Below the pieces are notes generated by a model. It searched no databases. It was not told where the DNA came from and saw nothing but the letters and a program-made list of their open reading frames with translations. Position numbers and translations under genes: made by a program. Shown here in pieces: positions 22,411 through 33,094 of a DNA stretch of 64,000 bases (within the stretch, counting starts at the first letter, position 1; each line of letters starts with the position of its first letter). Source of the DNA: Leptonemataceae bacterium (GTDB lineage: Bacteria > Spirochaetota > Leptospiria > Leptospirales > Leptonemataceae); assembly GCA_965227295.1 (NCBI GenBank), contig OZ245742.1, positions 5,632,001 to 5,696,000 on the forward strand. The letters are read 5' to 3'.

Positions 22411-23583
22411 CTATACCGCAAGATAACGTTGCGTGAGCGCAACCCAGTAGGCGGCTCCGGTGCTCAAGATCTCGTCGTTGAAATCGAAGCGCGGATGGTG
22501 CAGTCCCGGCCGATCGCCGGCGCCGAGCTTCACGTAACAGCCCGGCCTGGCTTCGAGCATGAACGCAAAGTCCTCGCTGCCCATGCTCGGCGGATAATCG
22601 CGCACCAGGCGTTCTTCGCCGAAAGCCGCCGCCACCGTCTCCGCGGCGAACCGCGCTTCCTCCGCGCTGTTGATCGTCGGCGGATACACTCGACGGTAAA
22701 CGATCTCCGCGCTGGCCCCGGCCGCCGCGCAAGTTCCACTCACAATGCGCCGCAGCTCCGCCTCGGTCCGCTCGCGGACTGCCGGTTGCAGGGTACGCAC
22801 CGTGCCCTTAAGACTAACTTCACCTGGAATAACATTAAACGCCGTACCGCCGTGCACCTGGGTCACCGAAACCACCGCCGATTCCAGCGGATCGCCGCGG
22901 CTCACGATCGTTTGCAGCGCGTTGATCAACTGCGCGGCGACGACTACGGGGTCGACCGTTTGATGCGGCATGGCCGCGTGACCGCCGCGGCCGGTAATCG
23001 TAATTTCGAAGTTATCGTACGCGGCCATCACCGGCCCCGGCTGTACGGCGATCGTGCCGGCTTCGAGCCCCGGCCAGTTATGCAGGCCGAAGACCGCGTC
23101 CACGGGAAAACGATCGAACAATCCGTCTTCGACCATGGCGCGCCCGCCGGCCAGGCCTTCCTCCGCCGGCTGAAAAATGAAGCGCACGCTTCCGCTCCAG
23201 CCGTCTCGATGCTTTGCCAGATGATGGGCCGCGCCGAGCAGCATGGCCGTGTGTCCGTCGTGACCGCAGGCGTGCATCACGCCGTCGTGCTTCGAACGAT
23301 GCGCGAACGTGTTCTCTTCCTGCAACGGCAACGCGTCCAGGTCCGCGCGCAGTCCGATCGCCCGTTTGCCGTCGCCGTTGCGCAGAGTACCGACCACGCC
23401 CGTGCCGCCGATGCCGGTGACGATCTCCATGTCCGGCGACGCTTCGGCGAGACGCCGGGCTACGACGTCCGCCGTGCGTTGTTCTTCAAAGGCCAGCTCC
23501 GGGTACGCGTGGATGTCCCGACGCCAGGCTTGCATGGACTCGTTGAGATCGTTATCGATTACGGACTGAGGAACCATTTGCAT
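22411..23583 (-). CDS. M20 family amidohydrolase (hippurate hydrolase-like)
   Basis: LRADLDAL, MHACGHDGH, FQPAEE, GSEDF, LHHPRFDFND. Confidence 0.93.
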   Translation of the reverse strand: MQMVPQSVIDNDLNESMQAWRRDIHAYPELAFEEQRTADVVARRLAEASPDMEIVTGIGGTGVVGTLRNGDGKRAIGLRADLDALPLQEENTFAHRSKHDGVMHACGHDGHTAMLLGAAHHLAKHRDGWSGSVRFIFQPAEEGLAGGRAMVEDGLFDRFPVDAVFGLHNWPGLEAGTIAVQPGPVMAAYDNFEITITGRGGHAAMPHQTVDPVVVAAQLINALQTIVSRGDPLESAVVSVTQVHGGTAFNVIPGEVSLKGTVRTLQPAVRERTEAELRRIVSGTCAAAGASAEIVYRRVYPPTINSAEEARFAAETVAAAFGEERLVRDYPPSMGSEDFAFMLEARPGCYVKLGAGDRPGLHHPRFDFNDEILSTGAAYWVALTQRYLAV

Positions 23584-23676
23584 TAACTAAATATGAAGTA
23601 ATGTTTGCCTGGGCGCCTCGCCGCTGAAGTAGCGACGCGCCTTGCGCGTCGCCGCGCTTCCGCACGGGGCAGCCGG

Positions 23677-24513
23677 CTAAATTCGCTGATTCAACCAATC
23701 ATACATATCCGCGTACACCTTCTCGCGGTCCACCTCGTTGATGATCTCGTGGAACATGCCTTCGTACGGAACCCACTGCTTGTCCTCGGAACTCGCGCCC
23801 TCATAGAAGCGTCGCGATGCTGCCGGGTTGACGATCTTATCGTCCATGCCCTGCATCACCAAAAGCGGCAGTCGCACTTCGCCGGCACGCTCCAACGCTA
23901 TCTTCTGATTCTTCAACGTTTCGGAAAACCAGCGCGCGGTACCCGTCGTGAAAACCATGGGATCGTCGGCGTACTTACGGACCTGTTCCGCATCGTGGCT
24001 GATGTGCTCCGGCGGAATGTTCGTGGGAAAGGACAGCCCCGGCAAAATCGCCGAGAGAAACTTCACGATGCCCACCAGAATCGGCGAAACGGGCGAACCC
24101 ACTTCCAGGAACGGCCCGCTGAACACGGCCGCGCGAAAGTCGTAGTCCTTGCCTTCTTCCTGAAGAAAGCGCGCGGCGATAAGGCCGCCGTTGGAATGCG
24201 AGCCCAGAATCACCGGCACGTCCGGGAAATTCTTACGCGCCCAGTTGACAAGCACCCGTGCGTCGTCGAGGAAACGGGCGAAGGATTTCGTATGCCCGCG
24301 TTTGCCCTGGGACTCCCCGTGTCCCCGAAGATCGATGGCCGCGACGGCGATGCCTTTCGCCGCCATCCATTCGCCGAAGTGTTTGTAGCGCGCCCGGTGT
24401 TCGGCGAAGCCGTGAAGCCAGGGCATGACCGCCCGGACCTTTGAGTCCGACCACGCCGTGCCTTCGAGCCCCGTCCCGTCGGCTGAGATTAAGTGAAAAT
24501 GCTCTTCCTGCAT
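23677..24513 (-). CDS. Lysophospholipase / monoacylglycerol lipase-like alpha/beta hydrolase
   Basis: HGFAEH, DLRGHGES, SHSNGG, QGMDDKIV, FHEIINE; start moved to ATG 24513 to avoid overlap with the divergent gene. Confidence 0.88.
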   Translation of the reverse strand: MQEEHFHLISADGTGLEGTAWSDSKVRAVMPWLHGFAEHRARYKHFGEWMAAKGIAVAAIDLRGHGESQGKRGHTKSFARFLDDARVLVNWARKNFPDVPVILGSHSNGGLIAARFLQEEGKDYDFRAAVFSGPFLEVGSPVSPILVGIVKFLSAILPGLSFPTNIPPEHISHDAEQVRKYADDPMVFTTGTARWFSETLKNQKIALERAGEVRLPLLVMQGMDDKIVNPAASRRFYEGASSEDKQWVPYEGMFHEIINEVDREKVYADMYDWLNQRI

Positions 24514-24609
24514 CCTTCTCGATGAACGGCCGACCGATGCCGGGCAACTAAAAAAAATCCTCTGATTCCTGCTGGCGCCGCAACGCCGCCTGCATGATCC
24601 TGTCGTTCC

Positions 24610-25785
24610 ATGAAAGTCGCCGTAGTCCACGACTGGCTCACCGGTATGCGCGGAGGCGAAGCGGTACTGGAGGCCGTGCTCGAACTCTTCCCGGACGCCG
24701 ATCTCTACACCCTCCTTCACAATCGCGGCAGCGTCAGCGCCAGGATCGAAGACCGGCGTGTCATTACATCGTTCGTGGATCGCCTGCCGTTCAAGGCGAC
24801 GAAGTACCGCTGGTATTTGCCGCTCTTTCCCACGGCCATCGAACTCTTCGATTTCCACGGCTACGACCTCATCGTATCAAGCTCCCACTGCGTCGCCCGC
24901 GGCGTGTTGCCTCCCCCCGGGGTCCCGCATCTCTGTTACTTTCACAGTCCCATGCGCTACGTCTGGGATATGTACCACGACTACTTTCCCGCGAAGGGCC
25001 TGGCCAATCGTTTCGTAATTCCTTTCTTCGCCAACTACCTGCGCATGTGGGATTCGGCGGCGCGGGATCGCGTGGACACCCACGTCTGCAACAGCGCCTT
25101 TGTCGCCGAACGCATCCGGCGCTACTACGGCCGCGAAGCGGTGGTGATCCCGCCGCCCTGTCTCAACGAAACGGAAGCGAAGTCCATCACACTACCGCCT
25201 CCGAACACACGCGAGGATTTCTATCTCGTGGTGAGCGCCTTCGTTCCGTACAAACGCATCGACCTGGCCGTTGCGGCCTGCCTGAATGAAGGACGCCGCC
25301 TCGTCGTGGTCGGCAAAGGGCCCGAGGAAAAACGCCTGCGTCGCCTGGCCGGTGAGAGTGATCTCATCGACTTTCGCGGCGGTGTCACCCGTTCCGAAAT
25401 CGAAGACCTGTATGCGCGCGCGAACGCCCTGCTCTTTCCCGGCGAGGAAGACTTCGGCATCGTTCCCGTAGAGGCTCAGGCCCGCGGCTGTCCGGTAATC
25501 GCTTACGAATCGGGCGGGGCGCTGGAAACGGTGATCGCCGGGAAGACCGGCGTTTTCTTCGACGAACAAAGCGCGGAGGCTCTCGGCACGGCGATGCGCC
25601 GGCATGAGGATCAACGCTCGAAGTACCGGCCCGCGGATTTTCGGCGCAACGCGGCCGCTTTTACAAAAGAAAGCTTTCAACGAAAGATGCGCGCGGAAAT
25701 CGACGCCCTGCTGAAAGAGTACGCGGCTCGCAAGGGCCGTCGATCGGCCCCACGCGGTGTCAAAGGTAGCGGAAAGGCCCGGTAA
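24610..25785 (+). CDS. Glycosyltransferase family 4
   Basis: HDWLTGMRGGE, HSPMRYVWD, EDFGIVPVEAQARG. Confidence 0.93.
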   Translation: MKVAVVHDWLTGMRGGEAVLEAVLELFPDADLYTLLHNRGSVSARIEDRRVITSFVDRLPFKATKYRWYLPLFPTAIELFDFHGYDLIVSSSHCVARGVLPPPGVPHLCYFHSPMRYVWDMYHDYFPAKGLANRFVIPFFANYLRMWDSAARDRVDTHVCNSAFVAERIRRYYGREAVVIPPPCLNETEAKSITLPPPNTREDFYLVVSAFVPYKRIDLAVAACLNEGRRLVVVGKGPEEKRLRRLAGESDLIDFRGGVTRSEIEDLYARANALLFPGEEDFGIVPVEAQARGCPVIAYESGGALETVIAGKTGVFFDEQSAEALGTAMRRHEDQRSKYRPADFRRNAAAFTKESFQRKMRAEIDALLKEYAARKGRRSAPRGVKGSGKAR

Positions 25786-25832
25786 AAACTATTGATTCGC
25801 AAGGCGCACACCGACACAGTATCCGCATTCCG

Positions 25833-26876
25833 ATGAAAATCATCTATCTCACCGACATTCACGACGCATTGAAGGAACTCAAGGTCCTCCTCAAGACCAC
25901 CGAGGCGGACCTCTACCTTCTGTCGGGAGATATTCTCTACAAAGCCTTTTACGACGACGATAAAGTCTATGAATTCGTCTGCCTCCAGGAGGACTTCTGG
26001 AACCTGGCGGAGAAAATCGGCAAAAAGAAGATCGCCCCCTTCGACCTCGCGGCGGATATCCTCCGTTTTCCCGATCGCTACAACGGCAACGCGGAACTTC
26101 AGGAGAAGGCCACCGAGTACCGACAGCTTTTCGAGAAAGCCGCCAAGAACATGAAGGAAAAATACGCCACGATCGAGGATCTCATTGAAAAGTTTTCCAA
26201 CGCCGAGAGTGTGATGCTGCCGGGAAACTACGACATCGATCTACGCTACACCGCCCTGCGGGATCGCGACATGCATCAGAAAAGCCGCAACATGCGCGGC
26301 CTGAAGTTCTCCGGTTACGGCGGCGCCCCCATCGCCACGTCGGGCATTCCGGAAAAGCTGTCCGTGGTCTATCACGAGTCCACGAAGGACGGCCGGCTTT
26401 ATTCGGAGCCCGAGGATTTCTTCGAGGAGCAGCAACCGGACGTCCTCTTACTGCACAATCCCTGCTACGGTTTCTTTGATCGTGTCCCGAGCGTCGGCCA
26501 CGTCGGTTCCCAGGGCATCCGTTCCTTTCTGGACCGCCACGACCCGAAGCTCGTACTGTCCGGCCACGTACACGAGGACTACGGCGTGGCGTTGCGCCAG
26601 GGCACGGTCTACTGCAATCCGTCGAACTTCGGCGGGGTGGACTCCCCCTACGGCTGGCAGGCCGGTGGAGCCTACGCCGAGATCTACTTCGAGAATTCCG
26701 CGGTGAACCAGGTGAACATTATGCGACTGGTGGAAGATCAGCACGTCAAACTCATGGAAGTTCGTCGCGACAGCGAAAACAAACTTGTGGGACATAAACT
26801 CTCCGAAAACCAGGGGCACGCTCACATCGATCTGAACGCCATTGTCCGCGACGCCGCCGGCACCGTCGTATCATGA
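25833..26876 (+). CDS. Calcineurin-like metallophosphoesterase
   Basis: TDIH, SGD, PGNYD, LHNP, SGHVHE. Confidence 0.9.
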   Translation: MKIIYLTDIHDALKELKVLLKTTEADLYLLSGDILYKAFYDDDKVYEFVCLQEDFWNLAEKIGKKKIAPFDLAADILRFPDRYNGNAELQEKATEYRQLFEKAAKNMKEKYATIEDLIEKFSNAESVMLPGNYDIDLRYTALRDRDMHQKSRNMRGLKFSGYGGAPIATSGIPEKLSVVYHESTKDGRLYSEPEDFFEEQQPDVLLLHNPCYGFFDRVPSVGHVGSQGIRSFLDRHDPKLVLSGHVHEDYGVALRQGTVYCNPSNFGGVDSPYGWQAGGAYAEIYFENSAVNQVNIMRLVEDQHVKLMEVRRDSENKLVGHKLSENQGHAHIDLNAIVRDAAGTVVS

Positions 26877-27556
26877 GACCGCCTTTCGCCGACCACCCGC
26901 TCATTCGCGAATTCAACGAGCTGAAGCGCTGGTTCCGCAAACATGAGACCAGCGTATCCCGGTCACGCCTGAAAGAGTTCCGTTCGTACGTGCGCAAGAT
27001 CCAGGCCGCGGGTACCGACGTCGCCTTCGACTTCGTGGGTTCTCTGAACTTCGGCCAATCCCTGGATACCTCCGACGCCGACGTCGTCATCTACGTACGC
27101 TGTCCCGAAAAATGCACGAAACGCTGTCCGGACGGCTGTGATACGCGCGCGAACGTGAAAGCGGAGATGCTATCCATACTGAAGTACGACGTCCAGGTCA
27201 TTGACAGCATTAATCTTACGTCGTTGGACCGGGCCCTGGAACGCGGCAAACCGGCGAATCTCCTGCTGCGCTTCGCCTTCTATCGCTCCATTTGCCGGCT
27301 GGTGAACGCTCAATTGATGCGACCATATCACAGCCGCCTGCTGGCCAATCGCGAACTGCTTTCGACCATGCAGCCGCAGCTCGCCGAACTCTTTGACGGT
27401 CTGTGCGCCACGTCCGGCCACCAATTGTCCTTTCGCAAGTACCAGGAACGGTTGGGCGAAACCGGCATCCGTCTCCCCGGCGTCCTGCGCGCTATTTTGC
27501 GCCGGCACCAGGAAGAAGGGAACCTGTATCCGCTGGAAGGAGCATCCTCAGATTAG
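26873..27556 (+). CDS. Hypothetical protein with Pol-beta-like nucleotidyltransferase motif
   Basis: FVGSLNFGQ....SDADVVIY (hGS..DxD), later VQVID; Cys cluster CPEKCTKRCPDGC; ATGA overlap with upstream gene. Confidence 0.65.
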   Translation: MRPPFADHPLIREFNELKRWFRKHETSVSRSRLKEFRSYVRKIQAAGTDVAFDFVGSLNFGQSLDTSDADVVIYVRCPEKCTKRCPDGCDTRANVKAEMLSILKYDVQVIDSINLTSLDRALERGKPANLLLRFAFYRSICRLVNAQLMRPYHSRLLANRELLSTMQPQLAELFDGLCATSGHQLSFRKYQERLGETGIRLPGVLRAILRRHQEEGNLYPLEGASSD

Positions 27557-27586
27557 AGGATCCCCTCGTCGACGGACGGCTGTTTC

Positions 27587-28081
27587 TTAGCCGCTGCGGC
27601 GACGACGAGTTTCCGGCGGGGCCACTCTCGTGAGGATCGGCTCCGACTTGCTTTCGTACCCCAGTTCTACGCTGCGACGGAGAATGCGAAAGTACCACCA
27701 GAGCAATTCCATGAGACTGTCCTTGCCCAGTTCCCGGTAGAGATCCTCCGCCGCGGACTTGAGGTCCGGATGGAGGAACATGTTGTGGATGGGACTTTCG
27801 TCCGAGTACTCGTCCGAGCGAATGAGATCGCAGGGATCCACCTCGTAATACTTTGCACAGGCGAACAGCGTGCGCAAAGGAATCTCGACCTTTCCCCGTT
27901 CCATTCGAGAGAGGTAACTGGCATCCAACTTAACGCCGTACCGCTCCCGAATGATCTTCGCGACGGACATGGATTCTCCGCGAGCTTCTCTTAACCTGCG
28001 AAGTCTTTCACCTACGCGACTTGTGTCTATTCCCGAATTCATCATGATTATACTCTGAACATTAATGCAGAATGGCCTCAA
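27587..28081 (-). CDS. XRE-family HTH regulator, paralogue 1 (real start probably near 28046)
   Basis: VGERLRRLREARG..SYLSRMERGK.EIPL. Confidence 0.85.
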   Translation of the reverse strand: MRPFCINVQSIIMMNSGIDTSRVGERLRRLREARGESMSVAKIIRERYGVKLDASYLSRMERGKVEIPLRTLFACAKYYEVDPCDLIRSDEYSDESPIHNMFLHPDLKSAAEDLYRELGKDSLMELLWWYFRILRRSVELGYESKSEPILTRVAPPETRRRRSG

Positions 28082-28285
28082 CTATATTCCTGTGTAGTAG
28101 GCCTTTCTGAAGGGTCTCGCACTTAAAAAAGTTAAACATTGTAAAATTATTACACTGACTGTCATTAATTTTTGAATATGCTGAAACAAGCTTTGCATCC
28201 AGCCTATCAAACCGTACCATGAGACGAAATCCATTTCTTCTCGTTCAAACAAAAAATTCTAGCAACTTTAGAAATAACCTTAAGC

Positions 28286-28696
28286 TTATTGCCCCGCGGG
28301 TGCGGAGTCATCGCCGAGGTCGAGGGTACGATTTACGAAGCGAAAGTACATCCACAAAAGCTCAATGAGATGATCTTTGCCCAACCGCTCGTGTAGAGAT
28401 TGCAACACAGCCTTGACATCCGGCTGCAAAAATAGATACTGCGCCGGATCCGGGTCCGAAAAGTCCTCAAGATAAACGAGATCTCGAGGGTCCGCGTCGT
28501 AATAACGCGCGAGAGCGAATAACGTGCGCAGAGGAATCTCCGCTTTGCCGCGCTCCATGCGCGAAAGATAGCTTGGATCAAGCTTAACTCCGTAGCGTTC
28601 TCGTATTGTCTTCGCCACGGACATGCTTTCTCCGCGAGCTTCTCTTAAACGACGCAGGCGTTCTCCCACGCGCGCCGTATCGTCCGGACCGTTCAT
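28286..28696 (-). CDS. XRE-family HTH regulator, paralogue 2
   Basis: HTH nearly identical to that of 27587-28081. Confidence 0.88.
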   Translation of the reverse strand: MNGPDDTARVGERLRRLREARGESMSVAKTIRERYGVKLDPSYLSRMERGKAEIPLRTLFALARYYDADPRDLVYLEDFSDPDPAQYLFLQPDVKAVLQSLHERLGKDHLIELLWMYFRFVNRTLDLGDDSAPAGQ

Positions 28697-28917
28697 GGCT
28701 GAAAGAATGAGCAGCCCCGGACTTCACTCAACTAAATTTTTGTTTAGTATATCATTTTCTTGTGGATAACTGCTATTCTTGAATCTCCCGCGTAATAATA
28801 TTACCGACCCCAGGGAAGGCCCCTGAACAATTTGACATACTTACCGCCGCCGTCTCCGAACAGCCGACCCGCATCGCACAAATTGATGAGGTCCGATTAA
28901 AATGTGACAGACCCGTT

Positions 28918-30255
28918 TCAGGCATTCGCGTCCTCGCTCCGGCCTTCCGTCCGTCCGCGCATCCAGCGCATCAAGAGGACATCCAGACCCCAAACGCTCA
29001 AACCCAACACCGTCGCCGTCACCAGGGACTCCACCGGCAACCAGATGAACAGCCCGCCGATGAGACCGAGAAAGCAGCCGAGATATTGAATATATTGAAG
29101 CTGATCAGACGTCGAACGCCACAGCAGTTGCTCCAGGCGGACCTCGTCGAAGCGCTGGAGATTTTCGATGATCACATTCTGGACATTCACCTGGTTCACG
29201 AGAAAGACCACGGCGCCCAGTGCGTACTCCTCGATCACTCCGCTCTGTTCTTCAATGGCGCCCGGAATGCTGCGTAAGAATTCAGCGAGTTTCTCCTCGT
29301 GGCGGTCCATGCGGAACGTGAGGTTTTCTATGATCTCTTCCAGGCGGCCGGAAATCTCCTGTTCGCCGGCCACGGCCTTGTAGAGGCGCAGCAGCCCGCC
29401 CTCGACAAAGCCGACGTTCTCGAAGTCCAGGCCGCGGACGAAATCTCGCGCTCGCTGCTGAAACTCCGGCGATTTCAGGAACTGATTCACGTAGTGCTGC
29501 CCCAGCTCCACGATATCGGCGCGGAATTCGTCGCTGACCACCAGGGCGCGCAGGGAACTCGTCACCTTCTCCCGGTGTTTGGCGATCAGCCCGCTGCGGC
29601 GGATTTGATCGAGGATGAGTTCCGAGTTGATGATCTCCTTCGAGATCTGCACGCCCAGGCGGTAGACAATGCGGTCCTTCCGCGAGGGGATGAGCCCCTG
29701 GCCAAGCAACGGTCGCTTTTCGCGCGGGTAAAAGAGCATCTTAATTGCGAGCCAGTTCGTGAAAAAACCCACCAGGCCGGTGACGGTGATCATGCGCAGC
29801 ATGCCTTCCAGATTCACGGCCTCCGAACGCCACGGAAGCACCAGGCTGCCGTCGAAATCCCAGAACAACGAACCGGCAAAACCCGCGGCGCATACATACG
29901 GCAGGAGCCGCAGCAAGAGCAGTACGAACGAAAAGCGATCCTCGCCGGGAGGCGGCGGCAGGGGCTCCGGTTCCGGCGGCGGAGCCAGGCGGGTGCCCCA
30001 TTTCTGCACGAACTGGATCAGGCGTTCGCCGGTGAGCGGGGCCCCCCCGGGATATCCGCCCGGAGGATACTTCGGTCCGGCCTCCTGATCGGCCGCGGAA
30101 TCACCGGCAGTCCCGCTCTCGTTCGCCGGGTTTTCCTTCGCCGCAGGATCGTGCTCCGGCGCCGACGCATCGGTCGACTCCGGATCGGGCTGGGGCTGCT
30201 GCTCGGACTGATTCATCATGGTTTCATGTAATGTATCGTGATCTTCATATCGCAA
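28918..30255 (-). CDS. DUF445-family membrane protein
   Basis: VGFFTNWLAIKMLFYP..QGLIPSRK; C-terminal LQYIQYLGCFLGLIGG. Confidence 0.85.
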   Translation of the reverse strand: MRYEDHDTLHETMMNQSEQQPQPDPESTDASAPEHDPAAKENPANESGTAGDSAADQEAGPKYPPGGYPGGAPLTGERLIQFVQKWGTRLAPPPEPEPLPPPPGEDRFSFVLLLLRLLPYVCAAGFAGSLFWDFDGSLVLPWRSEAVNLEGMLRMITVTGLVGFFTNWLAIKMLFYPREKRPLLGQGLIPSRKDRIVYRLGVQISKEIINSELILDQIRRSGLIAKHREKVTSSLRALVVSDEFRADIVELGQHYVNQFLKSPEFQQRARDFVRGLDFENVGFVEGGLLRLYKAVAGEQEISGRLEEIIENLTFRMDRHEEKLAEFLRSIPGAIEEQSGVIEEYALGAVVFLVNQVNVQNVIIENLQRFDEVRLEQLLWRSTSDQLQYIQYLGCFLGLIGGLFIWLPVESLVTATVLGLSVWGLDVLLMRWMRGRTEGRSEDANA

Positions 30256-30270
30256 AGATCACACTTAGTC

Positions 30271-31851
30271 TCACAGAATAAAACGGCTCAAGTCCGTATC
30301 CTGTACAATATCTTTCAAACGTTCCTGCACGAAAGCGCGGTTGACGGAAATGCGGCGTTGATCGTCGGGCAGATCCGGTGCTTCGAAGCTGACATCTTCC
30401 AGCAGGCGTTCCATAAGGGTATGCAGTCGCCGCGCGCCGATGTTCTCGGTCTCTTCGTTGACCTTGTATGCGAAGTTGGCCAGTTCGTCCACGCCGTCAT
30501 CGGTGAAGTCCAGCTCCACATCGTCCACAGCCAACAACGCCTTCGACTGGCGAACCAGGGAGTTCTTCGGTCCGGTGAGGATTTGCCGGAACTCGGCCTC
30601 GGTAAGTTTTTCCAGTTCCACGCGAATCGGAAAACGTCCCTGAAGTTCGGGGATCAGATCCGACGGCTTCGAGGTATGAAAGGCGCCCGCCGCAATAAAC
30701 AACACATGATCGGTTTTGATGGGACCGTGGCGCGTGTTCACCGTGGCCCCTTCCACGATGGGCAACAGGTCGCGCTGCACGCCCTCGCGCGAGACGTCCG
30801 GCCCGCTGGAACCGCCCCCCATGGATCCGCGCCCGGCGATCTTGTCGAGTTCGTCGATGAATACGATGCCCATTTGTTCGGCGCGACGCAGGGCTTCGGT
30901 CTGCACCTTGTCCGGATCCACCAGGCGTTCCAGTTCTTCTTCGAGCAGAATCTTGCGCGCATCCTCCACCGAAACCCGCCGACGCTTCTGGCGCTTCGGC
31001 ATAAGATCGCCGAGCATGTTCTGCACCTGCATGTCGAGGTCTTCCATGTTCGGCCCGCCGGCCATGACCTGCACGAGCGGCGACGATTGGGACTGGGTCT
31101 GGATTTCCACTTCGCGTTCTTCCAGTTCGCCGCGGTCCAGCTTTCCGCCGAGGAGATCCCGGGCCTTCGAACGACGCTCGGCCTCCGGCGAATCTTCCGA
31201 CTCCGCCTCCGCGGATGCGTCCGGCTCGCTTGCGGCTTCGCTCACCGGCGGCGTGTTGCCCTGCAATGCCGCCTGCACCTGCTCTCCGATCGAAGAGAGA
31301 TCCATGGATCCCGGAAAGAAGGCCGCATTTCCGCCGCCGCTCGCGACCGCGTTTGCGTTGCCGCCGCTCGAACTCGACGGTAACAGCAAATCAAGTAAAC
31401 GTTCGCGCACATTACGCTTAGCCTGATCTTCGACTTTTTTACGGAACTCTTTACGGACGAGGTTGATCGATGTCGCCACCAGGTCGCGAATCATGGATTC
31501 CACATCGCGACCGACGTAGCCGACCTCGGTGTACTTCGTGGCCTCCACTTTTACGAAGGGCGCGCCTGTGAGCCGGGAAAGTCGCCGGGCGATTTCGGTC
31601 TTCCCGCAGCCGGTGGGACCGATCATGATAATGTTCTTCGGATAGATTTCGTCGCGGATGTCTTCGGCCACCAGGCGCCGACGTACGCGATTGCGCACCG
31701 CCAGGGCCACGGCTTTCTTCGCATCCTTCTGCCCGACGATGTAACGATCCAGTTCGCTGACCACCTGGCGCGGCGTCATCTCGTCGATGTCGATGCGCTC
31801 GCTGTCTTCGTCGGGAGGCGGGGCGTTTTGCAATTCGGAAGATGTACTCAT
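30271..31851 (-). CDS. hslU: ATP-dependent protease ATPase subunit HslU
   Basis: [40 protein letters not shown] at 31851. Confidence 0.97.
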   Translation of the reverse strand: MSTSSELQNAPPPDEDSERIDIDEMTPRQVVSELDRYIVGQKDAKKAVALAVRNRVRRRLVAEDIRDEIYPKNIIMIGPTGCGKTEIARRLSRLTGAPFVKVEATKYTEVGYVGRDVESMIRDLVATSINLVRKEFRKKVEDQAKRNVRERLLDLLLPSSSSGGNANAVASGGGNAAFFPGSMDLSSIGEQVQAALQGNTPPVSEAASEPDASAEAESEDSPEAERRSKARDLLGGKLDRGELEEREVEIQTQSQSSPLVQVMAGGPNMEDLDMQVQNMLGDLMPKRQKRRRVSVEDARKILLEEELERLVDPDKVQTEALRRAEQMGIVFIDELDKIAGRGSMGGGSSGPDVSREGVQRDLLPIVEGATVNTRHGPIKTDHVLFIAAGAFHTSKPSDLIPELQGRFPIRVELEKLTEAEFRQILTGPKNSLVRQSKALLAVDDVELDFTDDGVDELANFAYKVNEETENIGARRLHTLMERLLEDVSFEAPDLPDDQRRISVNRAFVQERLKDIVQDTDLSRFIL

Positions 31852-31879
31852 GTTGTTTGAAAATCGGTAACGGCCGTGT

Positions 31880-32422
31880 TCAGCCCAGTTCATCCACGAC
31901 CAGGTTTGTGTTCGTGAATACGCAGATTTCACCGGCGATGGTGAGCGCCTTTTCGACGATCTCCCGCGCGGAGAGCTCGGTGTGCGCGAGCAGCGCCCGG
32001 GCGGCGGCCAGGGCGTAATTGCCGCCGGAGCCCACCGCCAGGATGCCGTCGTCCGGCGCAATGACGTCACCGGTACCCGAGACGAGAAACATTTCCTTGG
32101 GATCGGCGACAATCAGCATGGCTTCCAGACGGCGCAGCATGCGATCCGTGCGCCAGTCCCGGGCGAGCTCCACCGCGGCCCGGCCGAGGCTGCCCTGGTA
32201 CTGTTCTACTTTTTTCTCGAAGAGTTCGAACAATGTGAAGGCGTCCGCGGCGGAACCGGCGAATCCGGCCAGGATGTCGCGGCCGCTCACCCGGCGGACC
32301 TTGTGAGCACCGCCCTTCATGACGGTATTGCCCATGCTGACCTGGCCGTCGCCGGCCATGGCGGTCTTTCCGTTTCGGTGAACTGCCAGAATAGTAGTGG
32401 ATTTAAATTCGGGGTAGGCCAT
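31880..32422 (-). CDS. hslV: ATP-dependent protease subunit HslV
   Basis: TTILAV, GDGQVS, AGSAADA, WRTDR, GSGGNYA; ATG at 32422. Confidence 0.97.
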   Translation of the reverse strand: MAYPEFKSTTILAVHRNGKTAMAGDGQVSMGNTVMKGGAHKVRRVSGRDILAGFAGSAADAFTLFELFEKKVEQYQGSLGRAAVELARDWRTDRMLRRLEAMLIVADPKEMFLVSGTGDVIAPDDGILAVGSGGNYALAAARALLAHTELSAREIVEKALTIAGEICVFTNTNLVVDELG

Positions 32423-32524
32423 AAACAAAAGCGCAGCCGTAGCGGTGGCGCGGATTTGTAAAAGATTTTCGCGCCACGCCCTCAGGCATTCAAATTTCCG
32501 TTTCGATCGGCGTCCAGCGTTATC

Positions 32525-33094
32525 ATGCCAACCGAGTGTCCTCGTCCCTACAACCGGGTGCCTGCCCTCCTTTTTGTCGCAGGCACGCTGTTTGCGCCCG
32601 CCTGCGTCGCCGTGGAATCCCAGCCCCGCGCCCTGCTTCCGGTGCCGCGCTGGACGAACACGAGCATGCATCTGCCGCCGGAGTCCACCGGCAGTGTCCG
32701 TGAGTACACGAACGAATTGCGCCGACTCGCGGTCCCGGCCCTGGAGATCGGGCTTATTCTGGGCGTGCTTTTTTTGATCGCGGCAACCCGCACCCGGCGT
32801 CTGGTGCGCGAGTATCTCTTTCTCCAACGACGCGAGGCCTATCTCGACAATCGTTTTCGCCAGCGTGCGCAGGCGGCGGTCCGTTTTACCCGGCGACTCT
32901 ACGAGGCTGTCCTGCGCATCGAGGCCTGGTGCCGACAGCCCGGACGGCGACTGCGGACGGGCGCCCCGGGCATGCCGGAGGACGATCTCTCTCCCGCCGA
33001 GTTCGATGCCCGCCTCCGTGAGGCCGCGGCCGCTCCGGTACAACGCCTGCGCGATGTTCGCATCGAAGACGAAACGGAGCATGCCGACGAATGA
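32525..33094 (+). CDS. Hypothetical membrane-anchored protein
   Basis: Signal/lipoprotein-like N-terminus, one TM, charged helical tail; 4-bp overlap with next gene. Confidence 0.55.
   Translation: MPTECPRPYNRVPALLFVAGTLFAPACVAVESQPRALLPVPRWTNTSMHLPPESTGSVREYTNELRRLAVPALEIGLILGVLFLIAATRTRRLVREYLFLQRREAYLDNRFRQRAQAAVRFTRRLYEAVLRIEAWCRQPGRRLRTGAPGMPEDDLSPAEFDARLREAAAAPVQRLRDVRIEDETEHADE

Noticed and set aside
23632..23652. Hairpin GCGACGCGC-CTT-GCGCGTCGC
   Set aside because: Single short intergenic hairpin with no U-tract and no clear link to the repeat families.
31852..33082. N-terminal extensions of the hslU and hslV ORFs
   Set aside because: They overlap neighbouring genes; family homology starts at 31851 and 32422.
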